This document shows positions 1 to 10,075 of a stretch of DNA of 64,000 nucleotides, in pieces. The stretch's first letter is position 1. Every line of letters begins with the position of its first letter. The stretch lies in the IMG/VR virus record IMGVR_UViG_3300036715_004471, positions 1-64,000 of that record; one strand, 5' to 3'. The notes beneath the pieces were generated by a model. It was not told the origin of the DNA. It made no database searches and saw only the letters and a list, made by a program, of their open reading frames with translations. The position numbers and the translations under genes are program-made.

Positions 1-405
1 TCATTTACGAGTTGCAACAACTTTCACATGATCATCGAAAACAGAAAGCATTACATCTTTAGGCAATTCATTTTTCAGTTCTTCAACTGCTTTGCCTATT
101 TCTTTCTTTCTCGGATCTTTTGAACTTTTGAGAGACCAAGTATCATTATCATAATCACTATAATCTACTTCCCACTCTGGATTGGCAGGATCTGGAAATA
201 CACAATAGAAGTCATGCACACCAAAAACACAAGTATCTCCATCATTGAAATACGGAGTATATTGTGTCCACCAAATCATTTCCAATTCCGGAAACCTTTC
301 AAATATATCTTTGAAAGCATCTTTAACTGCCGCTTCGCCTTCCTTGCGAAGTTTATCATCATAAGCCTTTTTAAGGACCTTCAATTCTTCAAATAATTTT
401 CCCAT
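1..405 (-). CDS. hypothetical phage protein (runs off window edge)
   Basis: 134+ aa ORF in minus-strand gene run; WTQYTPYFNDGD motif. Confidence 0.7.
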   Translation of the reverse strand: MGKLFEELKVLKKAYDDKLRKEGEAAVKDAFKDIFERFPELEMIWWTQYTPYFNDGDTCVFGVHDFYCVFPDPANPEWEVDYSDYDNDTWSLKSSKDPRKKEIGKAVEELKNELPKDVMLSVFDDHVKVVATRK

Positions 406-406
406 T

Positions 407-850
407 TTATCCTACCTCAACCGGAACAATTTCCCAAAATTCCAAGTTAAAACACTTCATAAGTTCTACCCAATCCTCTGGCGTTACATCTTCACTCGGC
501 TGACTAGGATGTAAGCCTCTACGTGAATTGTAAGATTGACCAAGCCATTGGTCAAAATTGATATTGAAAAACTTTTCAAATAGAATATCGATTCTAGTAT
601 CTTCACCGACTTTCTCTTCAGCATATTCGGTTATGATATTCATCATGTCATAATCATAATTAACCAAATCTCCTGATCGAATCAGTTCCTTGAAGTTATC
701 AAAATTCAATTCTAAAACTTCTTTTTCGGCATCTTCTTGAGAAAGGAATACTTTGCGAGGTCGTCCGGCACTTTCATCTAATCTAAAGTAGACCTCATCG
801 TTATACTGCCAACCAATTTCCATCAATACAAAACATTTTTTGTTAGACAT
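407..850 (-). CDS. hypothetical protein
   Basis: 147 aa ORF, tightly packed. Confidence 0.7.
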   Translation of the reverse strand: MSNKKCFVLMEIGWQYNDEVYFRLDESAGRPRKVFLSQEDAEKEVLELNFDNFKELIRSGDLVNYDYDMMNIITEYAEEKVGEDTRIDILFEKFFNINFDQWLGQSYNSRRGLHPSQPSEDVTPEDWVELMKCFNLEFWEIVPVEVG

Positions 851-853
851 ATG

Positions 854-1171
854 TCACCAACATACTTTAACAATATAATGTCCCGGTTCAATTAAACCTT
901 TGTGACACAGATCACCCATAATTACATCGGCAGAAAAACAGTATTCGCCATCATTAGCAAACTCTTCTAACTTTTTTTGATCGTATTTGCGTAGTTTCTT
1001 TTTGGAAATATGAAACTCATGGCTACTGTCGTTGCCACATTCTTGATCTTGGATAAAAGAGTAATCCTTGCCATAAACACTCTTAATAAAATCTTCCAAG
1101 TTATAATAATCAACTTGATAGGCGGTAATCTTAGTTACTAAAAGTGATTTAATTTTATCTGTTTTCTTCAT
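854..1171 (-). CDS. hypothetical protein
   Basis: Likely start MKKTDK at 1171, just after upstream stop. Confidence 0.65.
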   Translation of the reverse strand: MKKTDKIKSLLVTKITAYQVDYYNLEDFIKSVYGKDYSFIQDQECGNDSSHEFHISKKKLRKYDQKKLEEFANDGEYCFSADVIMGDLCHKGLIEPGHYIVKVCW

Positions 1172-1175
1172 AGAA

Positions 1176-1532
1176 TTAATCAATCTTAATGATTTTAAGT
1201 ACAGTTCCGCCTCGGCGCCCACCAATCATCCAATCTTGCATTTGCATATTTCCAAACCATTGTTCCATAGTTGGAATGAAACCAAGATCCTCAATCACGT
1301 GATCCTCAGCAATATCACGCACACAAACTTTCTTGCCCTCGGAATTGGTAATTGTAGTTCCAAAAACCCGCTCGACAATAAAAATTCCAAAAGCAGAATG
1401 GAGCTGGGCTCGATGTCTCATATCCGGCAGGGCGGCTTTAGAACTATCAATGAAATCATGAATCTTTTGATAGTCTTCTGGCTCTCCTCCGTGTTTACGA
1501 GCAGAGTTCTTGGCATGTTGAAATGGTTTCAT
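1176..1532 (-). CDS. DUF6915-like conserved phage protein
   Basis: HAKNSARKHGG..DYQKIHDFIDSSK..RHRAQLHS..IAEDHVIED pattern. Confidence 0.7.
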   Translation of the reverse strand: MKPFQHAKNSARKHGGEPEDYQKIHDFIDSSKAALPDMRHRAQLHSAFGIFIVERVFGTTITNSEGKKVCVRDIAEDHVIEDLGFIPTMEQWFGNMQMQDWMIGGRRGGTVLKIIKID

Positions 1533-2083
1533 AGTTTATCCTTTATGAAGAAATTATATACTCTTATGATCCATTCAGAAAATTCTTGAATAGACATTTC
1601 ATTTTTAGCATAATTACAATCTTTACAACACGTATAAACATTGTCCAATGTATAATCTTTATTATTATCTATTCGATCTATGCCATTATAACTATAATTA
1701 TACTTACCATTATGTTCTGTAAATATTCTATGCGGTAATCTATTACAGTAAAAACAAGCCCTCTGAAAAAGTTTATCTGATTCTTCTACTGAAAAAGAAA
1801 AATTATACCCTCTTTTTTTAGCAGAATTCCTATAAGAATCTATTAATTTTCTAAGAGCAGGATTACTATCAAATTTCTTATTTGCTTGAGATGCTTTTTC
1901 TTTTTGTAGACATCCGCAACTTTGTGTAGTACCATTATTCAAAGACGTTCCTATAACAATTTTTGTAGTACCACAATCACAAATGGTATTCCATAATATT
2001 TTATTGTGTTTATTTTTACCAAATTTAGATAATACTAATAATCTACCGAATCTTTTGTTTTCTATATTTTTGTATTGTGACAT
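1529..2083 (-). CDS. HNH-type homing endonuclease
   Basis: RFGRLLV..CDCG..SCGCL N-terminus; CFYC..NGIDRIDN..YTLDNVYTCCKDCNYAK; AT-rich. Confidence 0.85.
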   Translation of the reverse strand: MSQYKNIENKRFGRLLVLSKFGKNKHNKILWNTICDCGTTKIVIGTSLNNGTTQSCGCLQKEKASQANKKFDSNPALRKLIDSYRNSAKKRGYNFSFSVEESDKLFQRACFYCNRLPHRIFTEHNGKYNYSYNGIDRIDNNKDYTLDNVYTCCKDCNYAKNEMSIQEFSEWIIRVYNFFIKDKL

Positions 2084-2135
2084 AAATCTCCATCTAGCTA
2101 GATGGAGATTTATTACCATAGATTAATAATTATTG

Positions 2136-3350
2136 TTATAGAAGACCTTTCTTTTTAGCTATCTCTTCTAAAGACTGGATTTCATTCATTAATCTATCAA
2201 GTCTAATTTGACTTTCTTCTACTTTACTTGGCATAGCAAAACCTAATGAAGAACGAAAACCAATTGTTTTTGGTTTTGATGCCGCAATTCCTTTCGGATT
2301 ATCTTTGTTATTGAAAACATCGTAAATCTCTGCCAGAGTATAAAACCTTTTCTTTTCCAAAGAGGCTTCTTGATTGGTCATCAACCTACGATAGACATTA
2401 TTCGCTAACTCATATGGCAATGGACCTACATTGATATTCTTACATAGCCTGCCAGGTCTCATAATTGCCTGATCCACATCTCTAATCTCAGCATTGGTAG
2501 TAACAATCATCTTGATATCCATGATAGCACCAAGAATACCATCACTAAGATTTAGTAATGAAGTAATAGTGGACATATTATCACTCTTACGAGGAACTAA
2601 ACATGTATCACCATCTTCAATGATAAGAATAATTGGCTTCTCATGAGAATCTTTTACTCTCAAAAGTAGAGGTAAGAATTCTGGACTATCCAAAGAAGCA
2701 ATCAAGTTGGATGGAACAATCAAAAATACACAGTCAAGCTCCGATAAGAAACTTCTTGCCAAATGAGTCTTACCTGTACCTGGCTCACCATTGAGAATGC
2801 AAATTCTTCCAGAAGGCGGGCTTTTATTAAAAGCCTCAACTACATGTTTTAGATCAGAAATAACTTCTGGATTATAGTTTTCTTCGATTAATGGAGAGGA
2901 ACCACTACCAAGATTTTTAATTTCCAATCCAAAACTGGATTTCACAATTGAAAAGACTAAATCTTTCTTGCTCTTGGAGATGAAATTATCTTCTATGTGC
3001 TTGAAAAGAACAAGTAGCTTTTCTTCCATTAAATATCCCGTAACGGAAACGGCATTGCTTTTCTTGGTAAATGAAATTGAGATATAGGAGGGATTCCACA
3101 AATAGTTATATTCGCCGCCGTCATACTGGCAAACCCCTCGTTTGCCGCCAGATTCTTCCAGATACTTGATTAAATCTTCAATTGGAATTGAAAGAGTTCC
3201 GCTAGCATGTTTAACATCTAAAGGAGCGCCAGTATCTAGGTGATGTTTAAAGATTCGAGGAAGATATAATCCAGCAGCGCTAATGCCATAGATGCTCGAA
3301 CCGGCAGCAATGACTTTGTTATCTTGTGTGCTCAACTTTTCTTCCGTCAT
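2136..3350 (-). CDS. AAA+ ATPase
   Basis: Walker A GEPGTGKT, Walker B IIIEDGD, LLNLSDG, TTN, MRPGRL. Confidence 0.9.
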   Translation of the reverse strand: MTEEKLSTQDNKVIAAGSSIYGISAAGLYLPRIFKHHLDTGAPLDVKHASGTLSIPIEDLIKYLEESGGKRGVCQYDGGEYNYLWNPSYISISFTKKSNAVSVTGYLMEEKLLVLFKHIEDNFISKSKKDLVFSIVKSSFGLEIKNLGSGSSPLIEENYNPEVISDLKHVVEAFNKSPPSGRICILNGEPGTGKTHLARSFLSELDCVFLIVPSNLIASLDSPEFLPLLLRVKDSHEKPIILIIEDGDTCLVPRKSDNMSTITSLLNLSDGILGAIMDIKMIVTTNAEIRDVDQAIMRPGRLCKNINVGPLPYELANNVYRRLMTNQEASLEKKRFYTLAEIYDVFNNKDNPKGIAASKPKTIGFRSSLGFAMPSKVEESQIRLDRLMNEIQSLEEIAKKKGLL

Positions 3351-3358
3351 ATGTCTCC

Positions 3359-3520
3359 TTACTTCTTTTCTTCAAATTGACGAATCATTTTGATGCGGAA
3401 CTCGAAGTGTCGTTCTTGCTTCTGATATTTCTTCAAACGCTTTTTAATTCTATTTAGTCTATCCTGAATGTGCTTTTTCTTAGCAACCCATTCCAGAATG
3501 ACCTCTTGAGATACACTCAT
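3359..3520 (-). CDS. small basic hypothetical protein (53 aa)
   Basis: Read manually: MSVSQEVILEWVAKKK...QFEEKK*; fills the gap between neighbours. Confidence 0.55.
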   Translation of the reverse strand: MSVSQEVILEWVAKKKHIQDRLNRIKKRLKKYQKQERHFEFRIKMIRQFEEKK

Positions 3521-3524
3521 GATA

Positions 3525-4034
3525 TTAACCCAGAATTTTTAATGCTTTTTCCACGTCTCGACTGGTAAGACCGAATTCTCCATCAGTCAAAACTAAGAAT
3601 TCCTTCAAATGAGCCATGTTATCAATGTCATCTAGAATAACAAATGACTCCGGCTTCTCATTCAACGAGTTAAGATATCCTTGAATCTCATCTCCTCTTG
3701 GAGTGGGAACCCTTCCCCAACCGATTTCAATATAATCTGGATATCTAGGAGTAGCCGCAACAATCTCAAAGGTTGCCCCACAACCTTTCAACATGACATT
3801 CAGCTCTTCAACCGTGTACCCAATTCTCCAAGAAGAAGATACAACTACCGTGGCACCAGAAGTTTCAACCAATTTATTCAATAGTTGAAGCGCAATTGGA
3901 TCAATATGGGTGCGGTGTGCAACCAACATAATCTCTTCCTGTGACATACCTCTAGTCTCAGTTTTGAATACAGAGCTATTAAAATAGATATCGCTATTCA
4001 ATACTCCATCAAAATCCAGAAATATGATTTTCAT
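3525..4034 (-). CDS. HAD-superfamily phosphatase (Swiss-army-knife RNA-repair type)
   Basis: IIFLDFDGVLN, VVSSSWR, RGDEI, FVILDD motifs. Confidence 0.85.
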   Translation of the reverse strand: MKIIFLDFDGVLNSDIYFNSSVFKTETRGMSQEEIMLVAHRTHIDPIALQLLNKLVETSGATVVVSSSWRIGYTVEELNVMLKGCGATFEIVAATPRYPDYIEIGWGRVPTPRGDEIQGYLNSLNEKPESFVILDDIDNMAHLKEFLVLTDGEFGLTSRDVEKALKILG

Positions 4035-4375
4035 TGTACCTGCTCGCGATGAAACTTGTCCGGCGTATAGGTAATAGTATTACCAACTACCCCGGAGGTA
4101 CACTTGGTAATACGAGTCATTACTTTAATGTAACAACGAATAAATGATCCATTGCAAGAATTTGGCTCATACTGAAATCCAGCTACCGGATGGCACTCTT
4201 GATTCTCGTATGTCTCAAAAATCTTACAGACTTCTCCGTCAATCTGAACGGTTCCCACCTCGCGAGAAAAGAGACCAACCTTATCAGTCGGTCCCGGAGC
4301 GGGACAAGGAGGACTTTTATCACATCCCATAATCAAAACAGCGACAAATGGCAGAAAAGATAGATACTTTTTCAT
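4031..4375 (-). CDS. putative lipoprotein
   Basis: MKK + hydrophobic stretch + lipobox-like IMGC. Confidence 0.6.
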   Translation of the reverse strand: MKKYLSFLPFVAVLIMGCDKSPPCPAPGPTDKVGLFSREVGTVQIDGEVCKIFETYENQECHPVAGFQYEPNSCNGSFIRCYIKVMTRITKCTSGVVGNTITYTPDKFHREQVQ

Positions 4376-4436
4376 AATATTCCTCTGGATAAGTGCAGTC
4401 GGGGCAAATTATTTACTTGCTCTACAGTAGGTTAAA

Positions 4437-5177
4437 TCAATCATCATCGAACCTTGCGTAGTATTCTTTCTTAGCTTTCACCTGCACGTATTCAATACCT
4501 TCGGTCTTGAAGAGTGCGGCGGTCAAATGCCCACCGAAAACACAACCAGTATCCAATCCCAAACAGTAATATCCATTGTGGATATCCAATCTAGATTCAT
4601 TCAAACTGTGAACACAATGTCCATAGACAATGGATTCAGGTCCTGTCCAAACCTCTGACCAGTATTTGGTATTGGGTGGCTGGGAGAAATTCTCTCCTAA
4701 AGCTTTGGGAGCGCCCTGATCATCTACATATCTGACCCTGATGATCTGAGTAGGGGGCTGCTCTGCCAATGAGAGGCTGGGCTGGCATCCGCCGTGAACT
4801 GCCCAAACATTATCAAATAGATGAAGTTTAAGGGGCAGTTTGTTTAACCACTCAAATTCATCATCTGATAAGCTGCCTTGCACTGCTAACTTATCCCGAG
4901 ACAAAGGTCTCATGGGATTCGGTTTGCCGGAAGACAAACGACGTTGCTCGCGAGCCCTCCACCTCAAATGCTTATCTTCATGATTACCCATAATACATTC
5001 GAGATCCAATTCTTTAGCACGGCGAACACACCCAGCCGAATCAGGACCGCGATCAACCAAATCACCCAACAGAACGACTCTCATTTGATCGGGATTATAT
5101 TCGATGGTTCTCATTAACTCATCGAATTCTTCCAAACAACCGTGCAAGTCGCCCACGGCAACAACTAATTTTTCCAT
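4437..5177 (-). CDS. calcineurin-like metallophosphoesterase (ApaH/PrpE/Pnkp-phosphatase-like)
   Basis: GDLHG, GDLVDRG, GNHE, VHGG, YGH, LDTGCVFGGHLTA. Confidence 0.9.
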   Translation of the reverse strand: MEKLVVAVGDLHGCLEEFDELMRTIEYNPDQMRVVLLGDLVDRGPDSAGCVRRAKELDLECIMGNHEDKHLRWRAREQRRLSSGKPNPMRPLSRDKLAVQGSLSDDEFEWLNKLPLKLHLFDNVWAVHGGCQPSLSLAEQPPTQIIRVRYVDDQGAPKALGENFSQPPNTKYWSEVWTGPESIVYGHCVHSLNESRLDIHNGYYCLGLDTGCVFGGHLTAALFKTEGIEYVQVKAKKEYYARFDDD

Positions 5178-5257
5178 GTTATTCTCTCTTATCTATAAAT
5201 TATCAGATGTTGGGAGAGCCCTGCGGTCGATGAGTGAGTGGTTGCTTTTTCTAAAAT

Positions 5258-6448
5258 TCACTGAGGCATCTTAGCTCTTAATTCCGTAGAACTAATATCC
5301 CACCTACCCGGAACATGAGTCAGCAGGTTATCCTCATATTTCTTCAACAACTCATATGAGGCAGAATCTTTGTTGATAATATCTGGTAAAGTGATGAAAT
5401 CATCCTTTACCAATCTACCAAGAACGAAAATCTTAGTATTTAACTTCGCCATCTCAGCCAAAAGCAGTTCTGGATCAATTCCCCACTTGGGATCCAGCAT
5501 AGTCATGAGTGTATCTGCACCCATACCAAACCAACCTCCAGGTTCACGACGAACCTTATCAATGAAAAGCGGGTCCCCAGAAGTAAGAAGAAAGTTTCTT
5601 CCTTTCATAGCATGAGCCCTTCCCAACATATCAGCCGGGGTTAAAGCAGCCTTGTGTGGAGGATCCATGACAGTTGTATAAACTGTATCTCTACATTCAC
5701 CAAATCTCTTAGCAATGGTTTGCCTAATAGCTTCGGCACCATCAGCATGACCAAAATGGAAAGGATTGAAACTACCAGGATAACGGAAGGTTTTAGTATC
5801 AATCGTAGACATACGAGTTCCGTTAGCATGGAACAGAGGCTTAGCTAGAATCAATTCCTTAGCTCGCTCAGTAGTGTCTAGTGGCGCGTACTTCCATGTA
5901 TTAGTTCCGTGTGCAAGGAAGTAATCTTCTGCTGCAAAATAATCCTTAAACCTAAAAGGAAGTGGCGTGACTGGCTCCCACAAACCAGCAGCATGTAGAA
6001 TCGCTGTTACACCAACCTCATCAGACAAGGTGCCATCTACCACTCTCTGAATTAACCCAGAGCCCTTTGGAATCTCCATCGCAAAAGTAAAGCATTCAGT
6101 ATTAGAGAAGGTAGAAACCATAACTCTATGCGCCCCCCTATGTTCGGACATGGATGCGACCGAAGCTGTCAAACCAACACCAATAGCTTTATGACCAGGC
6201 TCATAAGCCATTAGATACGCAGCCATTGCAAGCTCCATTGCAGTATCCGGTGATACGAACTTGTCAGGAGTAAATCCGATATATTTGCTTGTCAATTCAG
6301 TTGCATAAGGAAAACCGCAACCAACAAGAAAAGACGAGCACCCAGGCACTTCCCAGATTTTCTTTTGAATACCTGCACCTGCACCAGTACTATATACAAA
6401 AATACGAGGCGCCGCTGCGCCCATATCTCTCAGCTTTTCAATGCTCAT
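5258..6448 (-). CDS. CinA/PncC-like domain fused to HxGH nucleotidyltransferase (NadD/NMNAT-like)
   Basis: N-terminal TGAG..VPGCSSFL..A..MA..GVGLTA; C-terminal PGSFNPFHFGH, GADT, ISSTELR. Confidence 0.75.
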   Translation of the reverse strand: MSIEKLRDMGAAAPRIFVYSTGAGAGIQKKIWEVPGCSSFLVGCGFPYATELTSKYIGFTPDKFVSPDTAMELAMAAYLMAYEPGHKAIGVGLTASVASMSEHRGAHRVMVSTFSNTECFTFAMEIPKGSGLIQRVVDGTLSDEVGVTAILHAAGLWEPVTPLPFRFKDYFAAEDYFLAHGTNTWKYAPLDTTERAKELILAKPLFHANGTRMSTIDTKTFRYPGSFNPFHFGHADGAEAIRQTIAKRFGECRDTVYTTVMDPPHKAALTPADMLGRAHAMKGRNFLLTSGDPLFIDKVRREPGGWFGMGADTLMTMLDPKWGIDPELLLAEMAKLNTKIFVLGRLVKDDFITLPDIINKDSASYELLKKYEDNLLTHVPGRWDISSTELRAKMPQ

Positions 6449-6521
6449 AAATTAACCTTTCTCGACAAAAACTTGGGGGATCTTATAGGGGGAATGAGAT
6501 CATATAGTGTTTGGACTCAAC

Positions 6522-6551
6522 AGCCCTACTAACAAGAAAATTAGTAGGGCT
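6522..6551. terminator. intergenic hairpin, possible terminator
   Basis: agccctactaa-N8-ttagtagggct, 11-bp stem; no clear U-tract. Confidence 0.4.
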
Positions 6552-6582
6552 TGCCAAGGTAATGTCCAGGATATACAATCCT

Positions 6583-7428
6583 TTATTGTATGAAGTTGTG
6601 TGCTAGGTCAGCCCCAGGAATGTCTTTCATTAGAATTACCAAGAGCAGCAACGCCGCGATTGTTGCAACATACAGTGCTACAGAAGCTAAAAGTTGTTTC
6701 TTAGAAAGATCATCAGGGTAATGATGATCCCTTATCCTATCTGGAAGTTTCCATTGTCGGTACGATGGGTCTCTCGACTTGTATCTGTAATATACTTCTA
6801 GTACTAACTCTAGAGCTCCAACAAAGATGAATAGTACAAACAAGCCAATCTTGAGATACAGTAGTAGTAAAACAGCCAATACAGTGGAGACGAGTAAAAA
6901 TACTAAACCGAGTTTTTGATGAATTGAGAAGCTAATGGCTCTAATTATCTGTCCGCCATCAAGAGGGTGAATGGGGAGCAAATTGAATAGATTGAGCGTT
7001 GCCATCCATGCGGCAGCGGCAGCTAATAGGGGATTATGTGTATACCAATAACCAATAGCAGTTATGTATGCCAACAAGGCTCCCCAGATAGGACCCATAA
7101 TAGCTATGAAAACATTTTGTCCATAGCTTTTATATTGCTCTTCAGCAATGGCGGCGCCACCAACGAATGGTAAGAAATAGAAACCTTTGGTCTTGATTCC
7201 CATTTTCTTCATTGCCCAGACATGACCGCTTTCGTGAAAGCCAATTGCAATCATCAATAGAAGAGCAAACTTCCATGAATAAAGTAAAGCATATCCAGCA
7301 AATGATACGCCCGCCAGCCCGATTTTAGTCATCTTCAAACCCTTTAAGAGCTTAAGGAAAACCGAAAAAACTTTTGAACCTAACTTCACAAGAAGAGCCC
7401 AAAGTCCTTTCTTTTTATTTTCTGACAT
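6583..7428 (-). CDS. site-2 protease family (M50) membrane metalloprotease
   Basis: HESGH and NLLPIHPLDGG motifs, multiple TM segments. Confidence 0.9.
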   Translation of the reverse strand: MSENKKKGLWALLVKLGSKVFSVFLKLLKGLKMTKIGLAGVSFAGYALLYSWKFALLLMIAIGFHESGHVWAMKKMGIKTKGFYFLPFVGGAAIAEEQYKSYGQNVFIAIMGPIWGALLAYITAIGYWYTHNPLLAAAAAWMATLNLFNLLPIHPLDGGQIIRAISFSIHQKLGLVFLLVSTVLAVLLLLYLKIGLFVLFIFVGALELVLEVYYRYKSRDPSYRQWKLPDRIRDHHYPDDLSKKQLLASVALYVATIAALLLLVILMKDIPGADLAHNFIQ

Positions 7429-7451
7429 TTAACATTTCCTTTTAAGTAAAA

Positions 7452-7862
7452 TTACTTTTTACCAAGCAACCAAATGCTGGTAATGGCAAAAATAATTCCA
7501 AACATTTTCCTGACACTAAAATTTTCATCTAGAAAAATGAAAGCTAATGTTAATGTTAGCGCCGGGTAAAGTGCAGACATGGCGGTTACTTCTCCAACAT
7601 TTCCTTTCTGTAGAAGAAAGAAATAAGTTAAAGTTCCGACGCACATAAATATCGCTCCAACCACAGTGTAGATCACTCCCGAAAAGTCCCAACTGTGATT
7701 AGGCTTAAACAGGGCTACATAAATTGGGGCAGCGCAAAGATATACAATTGTACCAAAACATGAAACCCAGATGGGATGTAGGTGCGTATTAGCGAGCTTA
7801 TAAAAAAAGCTCCCCACTCCCCAACTAAGAATAACGACAATCATTAGTCGCTCGGGTGACAT
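7452..7862 (-). CDS. EamA/DMT family small transporter
   Basis: About 5 TM helices; LYPALTLTLAFIFLDENFS..K..GI pattern. Confidence 0.8.
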   Translation of the reverse strand: MSPERLMIVVILSWGVGSFFYKLANTHLHPIWVSCFGTIVYLCAAPIYVALFKPNHSWDFSGVIYTVVGAIFMCVGTLTYFFLLQKGNVGEVTAMSALYPALTLTLAFIFLDENFSVRKMFGIIFAITSIWLLGKK

Positions 7863-7889
7863 ATTGTACCTTTTCTTTGAATCTAGAAT

Positions 7890-8090
7890 TCAGTTTTTTG
7901 ATAAGGCAATAATTTTACCATCACTAGTTTGCAATACTTTGACAACAGAACCATCAAGTGGTTTGTGACCAAGCAATTTTTCTGAACCATCAAGTTCCAC
8001 GACATCGAGATCCCAATCGTCGGGAGTTGATTTCTTCCATTCAGAAGATCCATTCAATACAAAACAGGGACAGAAATTAGATTCATTCAT
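7890..8090 (-). CDS. hypothetical protein
   Basis: Likely start MNESNF. Confidence 0.5.
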   Translation of the reverse strand: MNESNFCPCFVLNGSSEWKKSTPDDWDLDVVELDGSEKLLGHKPLDGSVVKVLQTSDGKIIALSKN

Positions 8091-8112
8091 ACTCAATCCT
8101 TTGATGTATGGG

Positions 8113-8379
8113 TTACCACCATACATGCAAAACCAAATCCTTATCATTTACAAGTGGTCTGACGAATTTTAGAACCACTCTAATATCATCATCCCAATCT
8201 TCGGTATTATTTTCATCATCTAGTATTTCATAGAAGTTAAAATATACCAATTTTTCATTACGACCAGCAATTTCATATATGCTCTTTTTGAAAGAGGCAA
8301 GATGCTTACTTAATTCTGCAACAGATTCTAACTGTTTACAGAATTCAACAAAATCATAATGGTAATGTTTAGTAAACAT
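8113..8379 (-). CDS. hypothetical protein
   Basis: 88 aa ORF. Confidence 0.6.
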   Translation of the reverse strand: MFTKHYHYDFVEFCKQLESVAELSKHLASFKKSIYEIAGRNEKLVYFNFYEILDDENNTEDWDDDIRVVLKFVRPLVNDKDLVLHVWW

Positions 8380-8382
8380 TAT

Positions 8383-8535
8383 TCAATATTCCTCTTCCAA
8401 GAAAGCCTGCTGTTCGTTTGTGCCGTTCTTTCTTTTGTCTTTCTTGTTCTTCATGGGTCCGCCATTGCAACGTTTGAGCATTGCAATAACTAACACATTA
8501 CGAACTTTACGCTTTTTCTTTTTCTTCTTTTTCAT
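8383..8535 (-). CDS. small highly basic protein (50 aa)
   Basis: Read manually: MKKKKKKKRKVRNVLVIAMLKR...FLEEEY*. Confidence 0.55.
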   Translation of the reverse strand: MKKKKKKKRKVRNVLVIAMLKRCNGGPMKNKKDKRKNGTNEQQAFLEEEY

Positions 8536-8542
8536 TTGCCAC

Positions 8543-10075
8543 TTATCCCTTTACCGTACACAACGGCATTAGTTTGGCAACAACTCTAGCAATACCAGCT
8601 TCCTCAACTGAGTTGATAACCGGAGTAATAGGCTTGTATGCGTAAGGAGCTTCTTCTTTGACTCTCTCCTTATACTTAGCCATGATGTCTTTTCTCATTT
8701 GCATCTGAGGAGATTTTGGATCCACAGATGTTACAATTCTCAATTCACTGGTTTGTTCATCGAAAATCTTATCAGAAACATGAGAGGCTTCTCCTCTTGG
8801 CATGATTCTGCCAGCTCCATGACAAGCACTCTCCAAAGCATCTGGATTACCCAAACCAGTCAATAGATAACTAGCGCTACCCATAGATCCAGGAATGATA
8901 ACAGGTTTACCAATCCACTTGTCTTCTCTATCTGGACCTTCTGCGGGAGTGGCTCCTTTGCGATGAATGAAGCTATCGCCCTTCTCAAAAACCAAATTGT
9001 GAGGAGCATCGTACACCAAACGAGCATCAACCTCAGATTTGATGACTTCTTGAATGGCTTTAATAGCCATCAACCCAAGAAACAATCTATTAACAAAAGC
9101 AAAATTTGCCGCATTTCTCATGCTGTTAAGATAAAAAATTCCTTCTTTTGCGTGCTCACCAATTGTTGGCAATACGAAAAAGTCATTCTTGGGAATTTTA
9201 ATTCCTTTAGGAAAGATTTCACGGGCACGATCAACGAAGTGCCATCCAACAGCATGACCCAAACTAACAGAGCCAGAATGAATCATGATTGCCAGATTAC
9301 CAGTATTGATATTCAACTCCATAGCAGTTTGCTTACAAAGAATCTCCTCAATCTTCTGGAACTCCACAAAATGATTACCACCCCCGACAGAACCAATCTG
9401 CGGGTCACGACCATCTTTGTTGCCAGAAGACTGGATCAATTTTTCAAAACCAAACAAACGGGTAGTATCGAAACCACCACCGTTGTGTGCTTTATCAAGA
9501 TCGTCTAGCTGAGCATTGGGATTAAAGAACTTATAAATACCAACCCCGGCATTATCTTCGCAAGTTTCCAATAGTCCTGGAAGACCATAACGAAGAACAG
9601 CCTCTCGTTGGCGAGGAGACATGGGAATATCTCTTTGACCTTGGAAGAAGATTTCTCTGAGGCGTTTCTGAATAGCGCCCCAATGCTCATCCAATTTAGA
9701 AACAGGAATATCCGTTACTAACAAACGCATACCACAACAGATATCATTACCAATAGCAGAAGGAATAACGAACCCTCTGTTTTCTACCACGGTTCCAATA
9801 GGAATGCCAGAACCTTTATGGAAGTCAGGGGTCAAAGCAACCTTTCTAATTCCGACATTTTGGTCGCCGAAAAAAGAAAAATTTCCGGACTTCTCTCCAG
9901 AGAGAATGTCGGAAATTGCGCGTTGAACATCTAGAAAATCGAAAAGCTCTTGAAATGCATCTCTATCAATTGCCACCTCTTCATTGGCGAAGAGTTTGAC
10001 GTCTAGATGCAAATTGTTATTGATTTGGCAGCAAGAACTAGAAATTCTATTAACTGACCATTCTGCGTTATACAT
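8543..10075 (-). CDS. rtcB: RtcB family RNA ligase
   Basis: PDFHKG, DICCGM, GGGNHFVE, HSGS, HN, HRKGAT, PGSMG, HGAGR, EEAPYAYK, VKG end. Confidence 0.95.
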   Translation of the reverse strand: MYNAEWSVNRISSSCCQINNNLHLDVKLFANEEVAIDRDAFQELFDFLDVQRAISDILSGEKSGNFSFFGDQNVGIRKVALTPDFHKGSGIPIGTVVENRGFVIPSAIGNDICCGMRLLVTDIPVSKLDEHWGAIQKRLREIFFQGQRDIPMSPRQREAVLRYGLPGLLETCEDNAGVGIYKFFNPNAQLDDLDKAHNGGGFDTTRLFGFEKLIQSSGNKDGRDPQIGSVGGGNHFVEFQKIEEILCKQTAMELNINTGNLAIMIHSGSVSLGHAVGWHFVDRAREIFPKGIKIPKNDFFVLPTIGEHAKEGIFYLNSMRNAANFAFVNRLFLGLMAIKAIQEVIKSEVDARLVYDAPHNLVFEKGDSFIHRKGATPAEGPDREDKWIGKPVIIPGSMGSASYLLTGLGNPDALESACHGAGRIMPRGEASHVSDKIFDEQTSELRIVTSVDPKSPQMQMRKDIMAKYKERVKEEAPYAYKPITPVINSVEEAGIARVVAKLMPLCTVKG

